A DNA stretch of 64,000 bases from Prevotella sp. (GTDB lineage Bacteria; Bacteroidota; Bacteroidia; Bacteroidales; Bacteroidaceae), in NCBI GenBank assembly GCA_022781445.1, contig JALETQ010000018.1, positions 323-64,322 on the forward strand, written 5' to 3'. Both the position numbers and the translations under genes were made by a program. The notes under the pieces are model-generated. The model searched no databases, was not told where the DNA came from, and worked only from the letters and a program-made list of their open reading frames with translations. Position 1 is the first letter of the stretch; every line of letters begins with the position of its first letter. Shown one piece after another: positions 36,136 to 46,172 of the stretch.

Positions 36136-36957
36136 ATGAACGACTCATTTTCACTTCCCGTCTCCATGCGTCCCCGCAGCCGATTCGCCCTGCGATGCTT
36201 TCTTCCGGCAGTCATCTTGCTGCTCGGCGGCTTCTCAAGCGCGCTGAGGGCAGACAATCCTCCCTCGCTGCGTTGTGCCGGTGTCGAAATCGATTTGTCG
36301 CGTTCGGGCGAAGTTCTCTCACCCCACATCAGTGGCTCGGTCACCTTCGACGCCCCGTCGCGCACCCTTACCCTCCGCGATGCCGTCATTGAAGACTGCG
36401 GCATCCGAAGTGAAGGCCTCGACGACCTCACCATCGTTCTCGAAGGCACCAACCGCATGAACTGTCCCAAAGGTTCCTTCTACCTCCTTTCGCGCACCAC
36501 CGTCAGTGGCAAAGGGTCGGTCGAATGCAAGGGCGACGGCTCTGCCAGCGACCTCTATCACGAAGCCGCCTTGACACTGAAAGACTGTAGGATGAAGATG
36601 GATTGCTTCAGAGGGGTGTTCAACGCTTTTCTCGAAATAAACGGTGCGTCGCTCGAGTCGAAGCGCGGTGTGTTCTGGGAAAACGGCATCGTTCTCACCG
36701 GCAGCCGCATCGTCGTGCCGGCCGATGCCGCGTATGACGAAAAGGAACGGGCCATATCGAGGTTCGGAAAATTCTATGACGGGCTCGTTGTCATCCAAAG
36801 CGATTCTGCCGCCGGCATAGCTTCCCCGACAAACGCGGCCGACCGGCATCCCGAAGCCTTCTTCTCCGTTGACGGAACTCAAGCCGATGCCATGCGACGG
36901 GGGCTGAACGTGGTGCGCATGAGCGACGGAACCGCCGTCAAGGCATGGCTTCCCTGA
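36136..36957 (+). CDS. Secreted hypothetical protein, possible short T9SS-type C-terminal tail
   Basis: 273 aa. The N-terminal hydrophobic segment FALRCFLPAVILLLGGFSSALRA looks like a signal peptide. The C-terminus FFSVDGTQADAMRRGLNVVRMSDGTAVKAWLP resembles the last strands of Bacteroidetes Por/T9SS sorting domains. Confidence 0.45.
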   Translation: MNDSFSLPVSMRPRSRFALRCFLPAVILLLGGFSSALRADNPPSLRCAGVEIDLSRSGEVLSPHISGSVTFDAPSRTLTLRDAVIEDCGIRSEGLDDLTIVLEGTNRMNCPKGSFYLLSRTTVSGKGSVECKGDGSASDLYHEAALTLKDCRMKMDCFRGVFNAFLEINGASLESKRGVFWENGIVLTGSRIVVPADAAYDEKERAISRFGKFYDGLVVIQSDSAAGIASPTNAADRHPEAFFSVDGTQADAMRRGLNVVRMSDGTAVKAWLP

Positions 36958-37021
36958 CCGTCATTTCCCTGAGGAAGGACTCTTCGGGGACGGACAAACA
37001 ATCAAAAAAGCACAGATTATC

Positions 37022-37528
37022 ATGACGAAACTTTACTTGGTGCGACACGGCGAAACGGTCGACAACGTCAATCAGGTGTTGCAAGGACAGACACAAGGCC
37101 GGCTCAATGACAACGGCAGGGAGCAGGCACGACAGTTGAGCCGTTCGGTGGAGAAGATGCCCATCGACGTGTTCATGTCGAGCGACCTCGACCGTGCCGT
37201 CGAAACCTGCGGTATCTTGGCTGCACCGCATGGCACTGATGTGGTGACCACACCGCTGCTGCGCGAACGCGACTGGGGCGACTTCACCGGTGCCTTCATT
37301 CCCGACCTGAAAGACAAGGTGTGGCCCTCCAACGTCGAATCGCTCGAAAGCCTCAAGGAACGTGCCCGACGCTTCCTCGACCTCCTTCGCTCCCGCTATC
37401 CCGACAAAACCATCCTTGCCGTCGGGCACGGCATCATCAACAAAGCCATACAGTCTGTCTTTTACGACAAGCCGATGCACGAGATACAGAAAATGGGCAA
37501 CGCCGAGATGCGATTGCTCGAATGGTGA
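37022..37528 (+). CDS. Histidine phosphatase family protein (phosphoglycerate-mutase-like)
   Basis: 168 aa. The LVRHGET catalytic RHG motif is at the N-terminus and VGHG is near the C-terminus. Confidence 0.85.
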   Translation: MTKLYLVRHGETVDNVNQVLQGQTQGRLNDNGREQARQLSRSVEKMPIDVFMSSDLDRAVETCGILAAPHGTDVVTTPLLRERDWGDFTGAFIPDLKDKVWPSNVESLESLKERARRFLDLLRSRYPDKTILAVGHGIINKAIQSVFYDKPMHEIQKMGNAEMRLLEW

Positions 37529-37753
37529 GTAGGAGAAAAGGTTTCTGTTATGGCGGTTGTTTCTTCAAATATACGAAAAGAACATCCGTCATGACGCCTC
37601 TTGTATGCAATGATCTATGTCAGCGAGCTGCCTGAAAGAGGTGGCGACGATAATCGTATGGATTGATGGAGATGACGTAGTAGGAATCTTCCTTTGAGCA
37701 TGATGATAACATCTGTCGGCTCCTACATCAAATGAGATGACCATCTACTCCAT

Positions 37754-38506
37754 TCAGATATATTCGCGAAGTAGCTGATTACGACACATGACATTATATT
37801 GGATAGAGATATCTTCATAGGATTTGAATCCTATTCTGCCCCTGATGTCCTTGAAAACCGTCCGGTTGATGACCTTCTCATATTGCTCTCGTCTGTTCAG
37901 TGGTGCTACTATCAAAAAACGGCTGTGAAAATCTTGCAGGTCGCAGAACTTGATGATGGAGTTCTGGATGTCAGTGGAGTGTTCTACCTCAAAAAAGCTG
38001 TCGGGCATATTTCGCTCATTGAACCATATCACATCAACCGTTTTTGCTCTTTGTGTCAGTTGTTTGTATGAAAAGTCGGGAAGATGTATGGTCGTACAAA
38101 CGTCAATCAAAGGTCTTTCGAGAAATTTTCGGTTCTGGTCTTGGGCAGGAACGTATGTGGTGAAATGTTTCATGTTGCCGATTTCTACAATCAGTCCTTG
38201 ATAGAAACCGTGCGTGAAGCGTTCTTCCGATTTTGGGTCATTCCCTTCAATCTCAAATTTGTGTAACACTTCTTGACGACATTCTTCCAAAGCCCAAAGT
38301 CCCGGCTTTATTCTGAATATCTCTTTCGAATTCTGAACAATCCTACGGATGGACTCATTGGGAGTGTTTGTCTTCCATTGAGAAGTATCGACAAGATGAT
38401 ACAGGCTGCCAAGGGTGGCATAACCGCCTTGTGCCCGTAGGGTGTCTACGACCTGATCGGTCTGGGTATATTTTTTGGTCATCATGCTTTTTGTTCTCAT
38501 AATCAT
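37754..38506 (-). CDS. Orphan hypothetical protein: N-terminal winged-helix (Mrr_N/HARE-HTH-like) plus C-terminal PD-(D/E)xK-like nuclease fold (tentative)
   Basis: 250 aa (alternative starts at M3, M8 or M9). N-terminus ...GGYATLGSLYHLV...SIRRIVQNSKEIFRIKPGLWAL. C-terminus ...VDVIWFNERNMPDSFFEVEHSTDI... has a D...E.E/H pattern. Visibly lower GC than both flanks. Confidence 0.5.
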   Translation of the reverse strand: MIMRTKSMMTKKYTQTDQVVDTLRAQGGYATLGSLYHLVDTSQWKTNTPNESIRRIVQNSKEIFRIKPGLWALEECRQEVLHKFEIEGNDPKSEERFTHGFYQGLIVEIGNMKHFTTYVPAQDQNRKFLERPLIDVCTTIHLPDFSYKQLTQRAKTVDVIWFNERNMPDSFFEVEHSTDIQNSIIKFCDLQDFHSRFLIVAPLNRREQYEKVINRTVFKDIRGRIGFKSYEDISIQYNVMCRNQLLREYI

Positions 38507-38539
38507 GTGTCACAAAGGTCTTTTTGATGTTCTTCCCGC

Positions 38540-39301
38540 TTATTCCATGCAGAAGACGGGTTTGTCGTCGGTGCTGTCTATGGCACTGTATCTGAAGCCC
38601 TCGTATTCGAAATAGCGGAGGTCGGCAGGGTTGGTGATGCCGTTTTCGACGACGAAACGGGTCATGGCGCCGCGGCACATCTTGGCATATACCACGACGG
38701 TCTTGAGCCTGCCGCCTTTGCGCACCATGAATTCGGGCTCAATGCTTCTGATTTCCTTCCTCACGCGCTTTCGGTCGAAGAGGCTTTTCATCTCTTCGCT
38801 TGCCACGTTGAGCAAGATGCCGTCGTCGGCCTTGACGCTGTCGATGAGCGTGTCGGTGAGCAGTGGCTGCCAATAGTCGAACATGCGAAGGTGGTCATGG
38901 CCGGGCAACCGCACATAACCTTCCAGCCGGTAGTTCTTGATGCGGTCCAAGGGACGCAGCAAACCGTAGAGGAACGAGGTGATCCACAAGTGTTGCTGTG
39001 CGAAGTCGAGTTGGCGTCGGTTCAACGTCGGGGCATCGAGATGCTTGTAGGCGATGCCGGTGTACGAAAGGACGGCAGGTCCTTGGGGTGAGGGTTCCAT
39101 GAAAGCATTGTAGCGTTTGAAGTTGAGCAATGCCAGCTGTCGGTTGATTTTCAGCATCTCCTGCAGTTCGTCGACCGAATAGCGCATCATCTGCAGTGCG
39201 ATGTCTCGTGCCTCCTTTTCAAATCTCGGTGTCGTGGTGCCTTGAATGCCGTCGTTGCTGACGGGTGTCATGTCCTTGGCGCAGGCGAGTAGTATCTGCA
39301 T
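38540..39301 (-). CDS. yaaA: YaaA family peroxide-stress protein (UPF0246)
   Basis: 253 aa. MQILLACAKDM..., YTGIAYKHLD, LWITSFLYGLLRPLD and the RGAMTRF motifs typical of YaaA. Confidence 0.85.
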   Translation of the reverse strand: MQILLACAKDMTPVSNDGIQGTTTPRFEKEARDIALQMMRYSVDELQEMLKINRQLALLNFKRYNAFMEPSPQGPAVLSYTGIAYKHLDAPTLNRRQLDFAQQHLWITSFLYGLLRPLDRIKNYRLEGYVRLPGHDHLRMFDYWQPLLTDTLIDSVKADDGILLNVASEEMKSLFDRKRVRKEIRSIEPEFMVRKGGRLKTVVVYAKMCRGAMTRFVVENGITNPADLRYFEYEGFRYSAIDSTDDKPVFCME

Positions 39302-39673
39302 CGTTGTTGTTCTTTCTTTGTTGTTGGTTCGTCAGGTGTCATTCGGTTGCCATTCCGGCGGTTCTTGCCGCTGCCTGTCACCGTTGTGGGACGTCGCTCC
39401 CGGCCGATGACATGCGTCGAAATGGTGTGCAAATCTTTTTCCGTAAAGCATCCCATGCCTTTGTGAGGGCCGGCTGTGAAGGGTTGCATTTCGTGCAGGC
39501 AAATATACGCATTTTCCCCGACATCCTACGGGGGCTTTTTCGGTTTTTTCTTTGTGACGGTCGGTGGCGGCAGCATGAAATCTGTCGGGCTATACTGCTG
39601 CTTCTTGGGTGGTTGTCTCGTGGGTGTCAATCCCCGGAAGCCGTTCTTCTGATTCCCGTAACCCGTACTGTTG

Positions 39674-39786
39674 CAATTTCCCAACACGTTGGGAAATATT
39701 TTTCAACCTGTTGGGAAATATTTCTCAACCCGTTGGGAAATAATTCTCAACCCGTTGGGAAATAATTCTCAACGTGTTGGGAATTC
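39674..39786. repeat. Iteron-like array: 4 full plus 1 partial direct copies of a 22-bp unit whose core is a 20-bp imperfect palindrome
   Basis: GTTGGGAAATATTTTTCAACCT (39688..39709), GTTGGGAAATATTTCTCAACCC (39710..39731), GTTGGGAAATAATTCTCAACCC (39732..39753), GTTGGGAAATAATTCTCAACGT (39754..39775) and GTTGGGAA (39776..). They are preceded by the inverted half ATTTCCCAAC (39676..39685). Confidence 0.9.
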
Positions 39787-40075
39787 GCCTTTCTGCCGGT
39801 TTGGACGATTGCCGGTACACAATGCGGTTGATGAAGGGGCATCTGTGGGCGGATGATATGATAAGGGAGTGGAGGATGTGAAGTGGATAAAGAAGGCCGC
39901 CGGTAGGGCCTCGAACGGAAAAAGCAGGGGCGGGGAGTGACGGAATCAACACGAACGTTAATTCCTGCCGCCCGGTGACCGGTGCGGGATTGTACCGAAG
40001 CGGTCACGAAATGACTTGTGGGAAGTGGAATGAACGGCATGAGATGTACCGGATGCTCTCATGGCCGATGCGGGA

Positions 40076-41308
40076 CTATTGGCTGAAACGGTGACGCTTC
40101 GTGGCCCTCTGCGGCATGCGGCTGCCCGCCGATACGCCATAGCTGCCGCTGCCGTGTGCCACACCGCTGTAACGGTCGTAGCGCATCCGTATGCTCCGCA
40201 CGTAGTCGAAGGTCTCGTCGCCGCGCATATAGCCGTGGCGTACCTCCGGTCGTCGGTAGTATTCGGGCCGCGACAGCATGAGGATGTAGTGCGACACGTC
40301 GTCCCAGCGTTGCGGATTCCGGCCCTCGCCGGCTGCCAGTTTCCGGGCATCCTGCACATGACCGTAGCCGGCGTTGTAGGCAGCGAGGATGAAGCTGGTG
40401 CGCTCTTCGGGATGACGGATGTCGGCAAAGAGGCTGTTGAGATATGCCAGATGGCGTGCGGCCGCTTCGACATTGGCTTCGGGCTGATAGATCTGTGCCG
40501 TCGGCAGGCCGTGGCGTGTGGCCGTGGCCGGCATGAGCTGCATGAGTCCGCAAGCCCCTGCCCACGACTGGGCTCCGGGGTCGAATGCCGATTCCTGATA
40601 ACACTGTGCTGCCAGCAGTCGCCAGTCCATGCCTGCCAAGGGTGCATAGCGCATGAACAAGGCGTCGTAGTCGGAGATGATGCCCTTTCCGGCATTGCGG
40701 ATGGGGCTGTAGACGCGACGGCGGATGTATCGGCCGACCGCCATTTGCTGTTCCTCTTTCCTTGCCTTCGCGTAGAGATCGGGCTTGTACCACCGGTTGA
40801 GAGCGGCAGCCAGTTCGGCATTATGTGATGCCACGGCCCATGCCGTTGATTGGCGGCCGTCTTCCGACTGTGCCCCGCAGGCTGTCAGTCCGTTCTCGGC
40901 AATGAGGCGTCGGGGCAGCTGGAAGACGATGACATCGCCGTCGCCCTTTCGCAGCCGGTTCACCATCTCGGCCGTATCCTTGCACAGTTCGGCACGCACG
41001 GAAACGCCCATTTGACGGGCAAATTGACGGAACATCACGTATTGCAGACCCCTGCCCTCGTCGCGATAGTCGTAGTAGGTGTCGGGACCCGAGAGCGTGA
41101 GCATGATGATTTCACCGTTGGCAACGATTTCGTCGAGCGTATAGACGGTGGTGCGTTTCACGGTGTCGTCCACGAGCGTACCCCACGGTGTCTTCTCGCG
41201 TGCCTCTTTCGTGCCGCATGCCCCAAGACACATGATTGAGGCTGCCAGAAATGACAGCCATGTCACCCGGATGAAGTGAGGGGATGAAGGGGGAAGGACG
41301 TGTTTCAT
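40076..41308 (-). CDS. mltF: Membrane-bound lytic murein transglycosylase F-like protein (SBP_bac_3 domain plus SLT domain)
   Basis: 410 aa. Lipoprotein-like N-terminus (LAASIMCLGACG), a solute-binding-like domain, then the SLT catalytic region AAQCYQESAFDPGAQSWAGACGLMQLMPATA and AYNAGYGHV. Confidence 0.8.
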   Translation of the reverse strand: MKHVLPPSSPHFIRVTWLSFLAASIMCLGACGTKEAREKTPWGTLVDDTVKRTTVYTLDEIVANGEIIMLTLSGPDTYYDYRDEGRGLQYVMFRQFARQMGVSVRAELCKDTAEMVNRLRKGDGDVIVFQLPRRLIAENGLTACGAQSEDGRQSTAWAVASHNAELAAALNRWYKPDLYAKARKEEQQMAVGRYIRRRVYSPIRNAGKGIISDYDALFMRYAPLAGMDWRLLAAQCYQESAFDPGAQSWAGACGLMQLMPATATRHGLPTAQIYQPEANVEAAARHLAYLNSLFADIRHPEERTSFILAAYNAGYGHVQDARKLAAGEGRNPQRWDDVSHYILMLSRPEYYRRPEVRHGYMRGDETFDYVRSIRMRYDRYSGVAHGSGSYGVSAGSRMPQRATKRHRFSQ

Positions 41309-41324
41309 GGAAAGGAGGTATCGG

Positions 41325-42326
41325 TTATCGGTGTTCGCCTTTCACCCAAGCCGCCGCCTTGGCACGGTCGGGTTTGCCGGTGGCGGTGAGGGGCAGCGTG
41401 TCGATGTGGAAATATTGGCGCGGCTGCCAGTATTTGGGCAACAGCTTTCGACAGCTTGCTTCTGTTTCGGCGAGGTCGTCGGATTCGGTGAGCATGACCA
41501 CGATTTCGCCGAAACGGACATCGCTCCGACGGGTAATCATGAAGGGGTGTGGCAAGTGGGGACGCAGCAGCTTCTCGACTTCTTCGGCCTGAATCTTGAT
41601 GCCGCCGCTGCAGATGACGTTGTCCTTCCGACCCAAAATGCGGAAACGGAAGCCGTCGTCGGCAATGGTTGCCAAGTCGTTGGTAACGACGGTCTGTTCG
41701 GCAACGTCGGGCGCGTCGATGACCAGACAGCCTTCATCGTTCAACGACACCTCCACCCGGTCGAGAGGTGTGTACCACTCGTCAGCGTCGGGTCCGTTCA
41801 ACCGTCGCAAGGCAATGTGCGAAAGGGTTTCGGTCATGCCGTATGTACTCCACACGGCATTGGGAAACGACCGCAAAGCCTGTTCAAGTGAAGGATCGAC
41901 GGCACCTCCGCCGATGATGAGATGACGGATGTTCATGAGCCGCTGCCGCTCTTGGGGCACCTGCAGGGTGTTGTAGACCTGCATGGGAATCATGGCCGCC
42001 AGCGCGATGGGGGGTGAGAAGGGGCATGAGGTGTCGGCTTCTTCATGTCGAAGGGGATGTCCGTCGGAAGTCACTTCGATGAGGTTCAGACCGCATTCGA
42101 AGGCACGCACGGCCATCATCTTGCCGGCAATGAAGTCGAGCGGCAGGCACAGCAGGGAATGGTCTCCGGGCTGCAGTCCGAGGTAGGCACAGGTCTTGCG
42201 GGCACTGGCGGCCATGCGGCTTTTCTCCACCCACAGAAGTTTGGGGGCACCGGTCGAACCGCTGGTGTGTACCGGCAGTCGGCTGTCGTCATTGTACCAT
42301 TCGTTTCGGAAATCGTCGAGTGTCAT
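41325..42326 (-). CDS. menE: O-succinylbenzoate-CoA ligase (short AMP-binding enzyme)
   Basis: 333 aa. The HTSGSTGAPK AMP-binding motif is near the N-terminus, followed by YGMTET. Last gene of the men cluster. Confidence 0.8.
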   Translation of the reverse strand: MTLDDFRNEWYNDDSRLPVHTSGSTGAPKLLWVEKSRMAASARKTCAYLGLQPGDHSLLCLPLDFIAGKMMAVRAFECGLNLIEVTSDGHPLRHEEADTSCPFSPPIALAAMIPMQVYNTLQVPQERQRLMNIRHLIIGGGAVDPSLEQALRSFPNAVWSTYGMTETLSHIALRRLNGPDADEWYTPLDRVEVSLNDEGCLVIDAPDVAEQTVVTNDLATIADDGFRFRILGRKDNVICSGGIKIQAEEVEKLLRPHLPHPFMITRRSDVRFGEIVVMLTESDDLAETEASCRKLLPKYWQPRQYFHIDTLPLTATGKPDRAKAAAWVKGEHR

Positions 42327-42513
42327 GATTCGTGTGATGAGGGGTGATAAAGAGAGATGCTTGATAAACTATGGGAAGTGGTGGCGTCAGGACCGTCCGG
42401 GACTTCCTGTCCGAAGCGTTCGGGAGAGGACAAGTCCCGTTTCGCCGGGGTGCGGGGAATCGATACGGAACGGACAAGGCTGGGCGGTCCCGATGGAGCG
42501 GATTACTGCACGG

Positions 42514-43563
42514 TTATCCCACAAACCACATCCTGTCGCCCCGCAGTTCGATGGGCACTGGGTGGTTCTCGGTGAAGAGGGCTCCCGTACCCAATCCCTG
42601 GGGCATGGTGATGTTGTCGCCGTAAAGTTTGGCGGCAAGATGTGCCACGGCATTCAGGCCGATGTTGCTTTCGAGGGCACTGGTCATCCATGTGCCGATG
42701 TTGCGCTTGCGGGCTTCTTCGACCCACTCGGTGACACCTTGCATACCACCGTGCAAAGAGGGCTTCAGCACAAGGTATTGCGGGCGGACGGCATCGAGGA
42801 GTTCTTGCTTTTGCTGCAGTCGGCTGGCACCGATCAGTTCTTCGTCCAGTGCCACGGGGACGGGACTTTCGCGGCAGATTCTTGCCATGTCGTCCCACGG
42901 TCGGGCGGCATTGTCATCGCGCCACGTGGGACGGATGGGCTGTTCGATGGAATGGATGGCAAATGGATGCAGGGCTTCCAGCTTGCCGAGAGCTTCTTCG
43001 GGCGTGAAAGCACCATTGGCATCGACCCTTATCTCGACCTCCTCGGGCGTGAATCGGTTGCGGACATGGCGCAACAGGCGAAGTTCGTCGTCGAAGTCGA
43101 TGGCACCGATCTTGAACTTGATGCAGCGGAAGTCTTGCCGCAGCTTCTCTTCCAGCCGGCGTTGCATCTCGTCGAAGCGGCCCATCCATACCAGGCCGTT
43201 GATGGGGATGCCGGCTTCGCCTCGTCCGAATGCCGTGTCGAACAGGCGAAAAGAACCGGCTTCGAGATGCCTGACGGCGGTTTCCAGACCGAAAGTCATC
43301 GACGGATAGGGCCGCATTTCGTCAAAGTCTGTCCGTCCCGTGACGCAGACGAGGTTGCAGCAGTCTTTCAGGATTTCTTCATAGTCGGGCAAAGCATCGC
43401 ACGAAAGGCCGGGTAAGGGTGAACATTCACCCAAGCCGCGCCGGCCTGCATCGTCGGTGAGTTCGACAATATAGCTTTTTTTCTCGAGGTAGACACCGCG
43501 TGAGGTGCCTGCCGGTTCCTTGAAACGGAAGGTCTGACGGTATATATGGCAGTGGTACTTCAT
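42514..43563 (-). CDS. menC: O-succinylbenzoate synthase (enolase superfamily)
   Basis: Start taken at MKYHCHIYRQTFRFKEPAGTSRGVY (ATG 43563); 349 aa. Contains FKIG(A), RVDANGAF and ALDEEL metal-ligand motifs. Confidence 0.8.
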   Translation of the reverse strand: MKYHCHIYRQTFRFKEPAGTSRGVYLEKKSYIVELTDDAGRRGLGECSPLPGLSCDALPDYEEILKDCCNLVCVTGRTDFDEMRPYPSMTFGLETAVRHLEAGSFRLFDTAFGRGEAGIPINGLVWMGRFDEMQRRLEEKLRQDFRCIKFKIGAIDFDDELRLLRHVRNRFTPEEVEIRVDANGAFTPEEALGKLEALHPFAIHSIEQPIRPTWRDDNAARPWDDMARICRESPVPVALDEELIGASRLQQKQELLDAVRPQYLVLKPSLHGGMQGVTEWVEEARKRNIGTWMTSALESNIGLNAVAHLAAKLYGDNITMPQGLGTGALFTENHPVPIELRGDRMWFVG

Positions 43564-43647
43564 GATTGTTTGATGTTTATGGGAGCATGAGCGGTTCAAA
43601 ATCCATCATGTCGCCCGATGAAGTTGGGCGGAGAACTCCGTGTGGCT

Positions 43648-44469
43648 TCAGGGCATCTTGGGATATTTCTTGAAATCGGGTTTGCGTTTTTCGAGGAAAG
43701 CCTTGCCGCCTTCTTGTGCTTCGTCGAGGAAGTAGTAGAGCATGGTGGCATCACCGGCAAGTTCCTGTATGCCTGCCTGACCGTCGAGTTCGGCATTCAA
43801 TCCCGCTTTAATCATGCGGAGAGCCATGGGGGAACGTTCCATCATGGTCTCTGCCCATGCCACACACTCGTCTTCGAGTTGTCCGGGAGGCACTACTTTG
43901 TTGACCAATCCCATCTTTTCGGCTTCGGCAGCCGAGTATTGGCGGCAGAGGAACCATATCTCGCGTGCCTTCTTCTGGCCTACGATGCGGGCGAGGTAGC
44001 TCGAGCCGAAGCCTGCATCGAACGAGCCCACTTTCGGTCCCGTCTGTCCGAAGACGGCATTCTCGGAGGCTATCGAAAGGTCGCAGACCACATGAAGCAC
44101 ATGACCGCCACCGATGGCGTAGCCGTTGACCATGGCGATGACGGGCTTGGGCAATCGGCGTATCTGCATCTGCACGTCGAGGACGCTGAGCCGGGGGATG
44201 CCCTGTTCGTCGACATAGCCGCCCCGTCCCTTGACGTGCATGTCACCGCCGGCACAGAACGCCTTGTCACCGGCACCGGTGAGGATGACGACGCTGATGT
44301 CCTGCATCTCGCGGCACATTGCAAACGCCTGCGACAGTTCCCATGTGGTCTTGGGCGTGAAGGCGTTGCGATAGCGCGGACGGTTGATGGTAATCTTGGC
44401 AATGCCGTTGTATTCTTCAAAAAGGATTTCTTCAAACTCCTTGATGGTTTTCCATTCTCTTTTGTTCAT
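43648..44469 (-). CDS. menB: 1,4-dihydroxy-2-naphthoyl-CoA synthase
   Basis: 273 aa crotonase fold. [24 protein letters not shown] and [14 protein letters not shown] are highly conserved MenB sequence. Confidence 0.95.
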   Translation of the reverse strand: MNKREWKTIKEFEEILFEEYNGIAKITINRPRYRNAFTPKTTWELSQAFAMCREMQDISVVILTGAGDKAFCAGGDMHVKGRGGYVDEQGIPRLSVLDVQMQIRRLPKPVIAMVNGYAIGGGHVLHVVCDLSIASENAVFGQTGPKVGSFDAGFGSSYLARIVGQKKAREIWFLCRQYSAAEAEKMGLVNKVVPPGQLEDECVAWAETMMERSPMALRMIKAGLNAELDGQAGIQELAGDATMLYYFLDEAQEGGKAFLEKRKPDFKKYPKMP

Positions 44470-44507
44470 GATATGTCGGATTGTTGGTTGTTGCGAAGTG
44501 AGGGAGG

Positions 44508-46172
44508 TCAGGCAGGGTGTCTGTTCAGCCGGTGGTAATACTGTCTGAAGGCACGAGTGTCAGTTTCGGCGTCGGTGAAGACTTCCAGCAGCACCGGACG
44601 GTCGCTCTCGTCGCGGAAGATACGGTCGAGGCACCTGCAGCATTCGTCGGCCGTGCGGGCCGCCATATAGCCGATGTCGTGGGTACGGCACAGGCCTTCG
44701 GCCGAGGTGTGGTGGCAGGCAGCCACGAAAGCATCCCTTGCGGGCGAGGCATCGAGTCCGGGAAGTTGGCTGAAAATGCCTCCTCCGCCGTTGTTGAGCA
44801 GCACGATGCGGAAGTTGCCGCGAAGGTCGCGGTTCCAAAGGGCATTGCCGTCGTAGAAGAAGCTGAGGTCGCCAATGACGCAGAAAACCCGTCGGGAGGT
44901 GGCAAGCGAGGCACCGGCGGCAGTGGAGAGGGAACCGTCGATGCCGTTGACGCCACGGTTGCAGTGGACGGCATGACGTGAATAGATGTTGGCAAGGCGG
45001 ATGGCGTTGCTGTTGGCATAATGTACCAGGGGCGTTTCCGCCATTCTTTCGATACGTTCCTCGAAGGCCTTGACGGCAAACATCTGCGAAAAATCGGGTT
45101 CGTGGCGTTCTACCATCGAACCCGCTTCTTGCAGCAAGGCCGTCCAGCGGTCGATGAAAGGCTTGGATGCGGAGGGGGCTGAATGACGGGCAAGTGCCTG
45201 TAAGAACGTGAGGGGATTGCCGGTGAGGACACCTTGCAGGTTTGCAAAGGTGTCGTAGACCTCTCCACGCGGATTGACAATCCATGTCTGGGCTTCGGCC
45301 GAACGGCGCAGCAGGGAGCGGAGCCGCTTGCTTACGAGGTCGCCGCCGAGGTAGACCACGAAGTCGGGACGATAGCCGGTATCGTCGGCGAGCATATAGA
45401 GAGCCTCGTCGATGTGGGTCAATCCGGGCAGACTCGTCAGGCTTTCGCGCACCACCACCGCTTTTCCGGCGATGTCGTCCATGAGTTTCGGGCAGGCTTC
45501 GAAAGAATCCGTGGTTTGTCCGATGACAATCATGGGGCGTTGGGAACGGTCTGTCAGATCGCACAGATGTTCGATGGCAGCAGTGTCGGTTATGCCGTCG
45601 AACACACGGATGCGACGCTCGTCGGGCAGGCTTTCGGCCGAAAAGTCGAAGAGGGGCTCGCTGATGGGTACGTTGATGTGTATCGGAGCATCGTTGCGAC
45701 GTGTACATTCTATCAAAGCCTCGTTGATGAGTCGGTTGGTATACCACCTTTGTTCATCATTGACTGGCTCGGGCAAAGTGACCGACTTACGTACAAAGCG
45801 ACCGAGTGCATGAGGTTGAGGCAGGGTTTGTCCTTCCTGCTGGTCAATGCGTGAGGCAGGACGGTCGGCAGAAATGACGATGAGGGGTTGATGCAGGTAG
45901 AAGGCTTCGGCAACAGCCGGTGAGAGGTTGAGCAATGCTGTGCCCGAAGTGACGCATACGACTGTGGGAAGATGGGTCTGAAGGCACAGGCCGAGTGCAT
46001 AAAAACCGGCACTCCTCTCATCGACTGCCGAATGACAGGTAATGTCGGGGTGCATGACGAGGTTGTGGGTGACGGGCGCGTTGCGGCTGCCGGGACAGAC
46101 CACGGCGTTGCGAATGCCATACTTGACGAGCAATGCCGTGAGCTGGTTGACATTTTCTTTCCTGCTATACAT
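44508..46172 (-). CDS. menD: 2-succinyl-5-enolpyruvyl-6-hydroxy-3-cyclohexene-1-carboxylate synthase
   Basis: 554 aa ThDP enzyme. [15 protein letters not shown] and GDLSFFYD...NNGGGGIF motifs. Confidence 0.9.
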   Translation of the reverse strand: MYSRKENVNQLTALLVKYGIRNAVVCPGSRNAPVTHNLVMHPDITCHSAVDERSAGFYALGLCLQTHLPTVVCVTSGTALLNLSPAVAEAFYLHQPLIVISADRPASRIDQQEGQTLPQPHALGRFVRKSVTLPEPVNDEQRWYTNRLINEALIECTRRNDAPIHINVPISEPLFDFSAESLPDERRIRVFDGITDTAAIEHLCDLTDRSQRPMIVIGQTTDSFEACPKLMDDIAGKAVVVRESLTSLPGLTHIDEALYMLADDTGYRPDFVVYLGGDLVSKRLRSLLRRSAEAQTWIVNPRGEVYDTFANLQGVLTGNPLTFLQALARHSAPSASKPFIDRWTALLQEAGSMVERHEPDFSQMFAVKAFEERIERMAETPLVHYANSNAIRLANIYSRHAVHCNRGVNGIDGSLSTAAGASLATSRRVFCVIGDLSFFYDGNALWNRDLRGNFRIVLLNNGGGGIFSQLPGLDASPARDAFVAACHHTSAEGLCRTHDIGYMAARTADECCRCLDRIFRDESDRPVLLEVFTDAETDTRAFRQYYHRLNRHPA

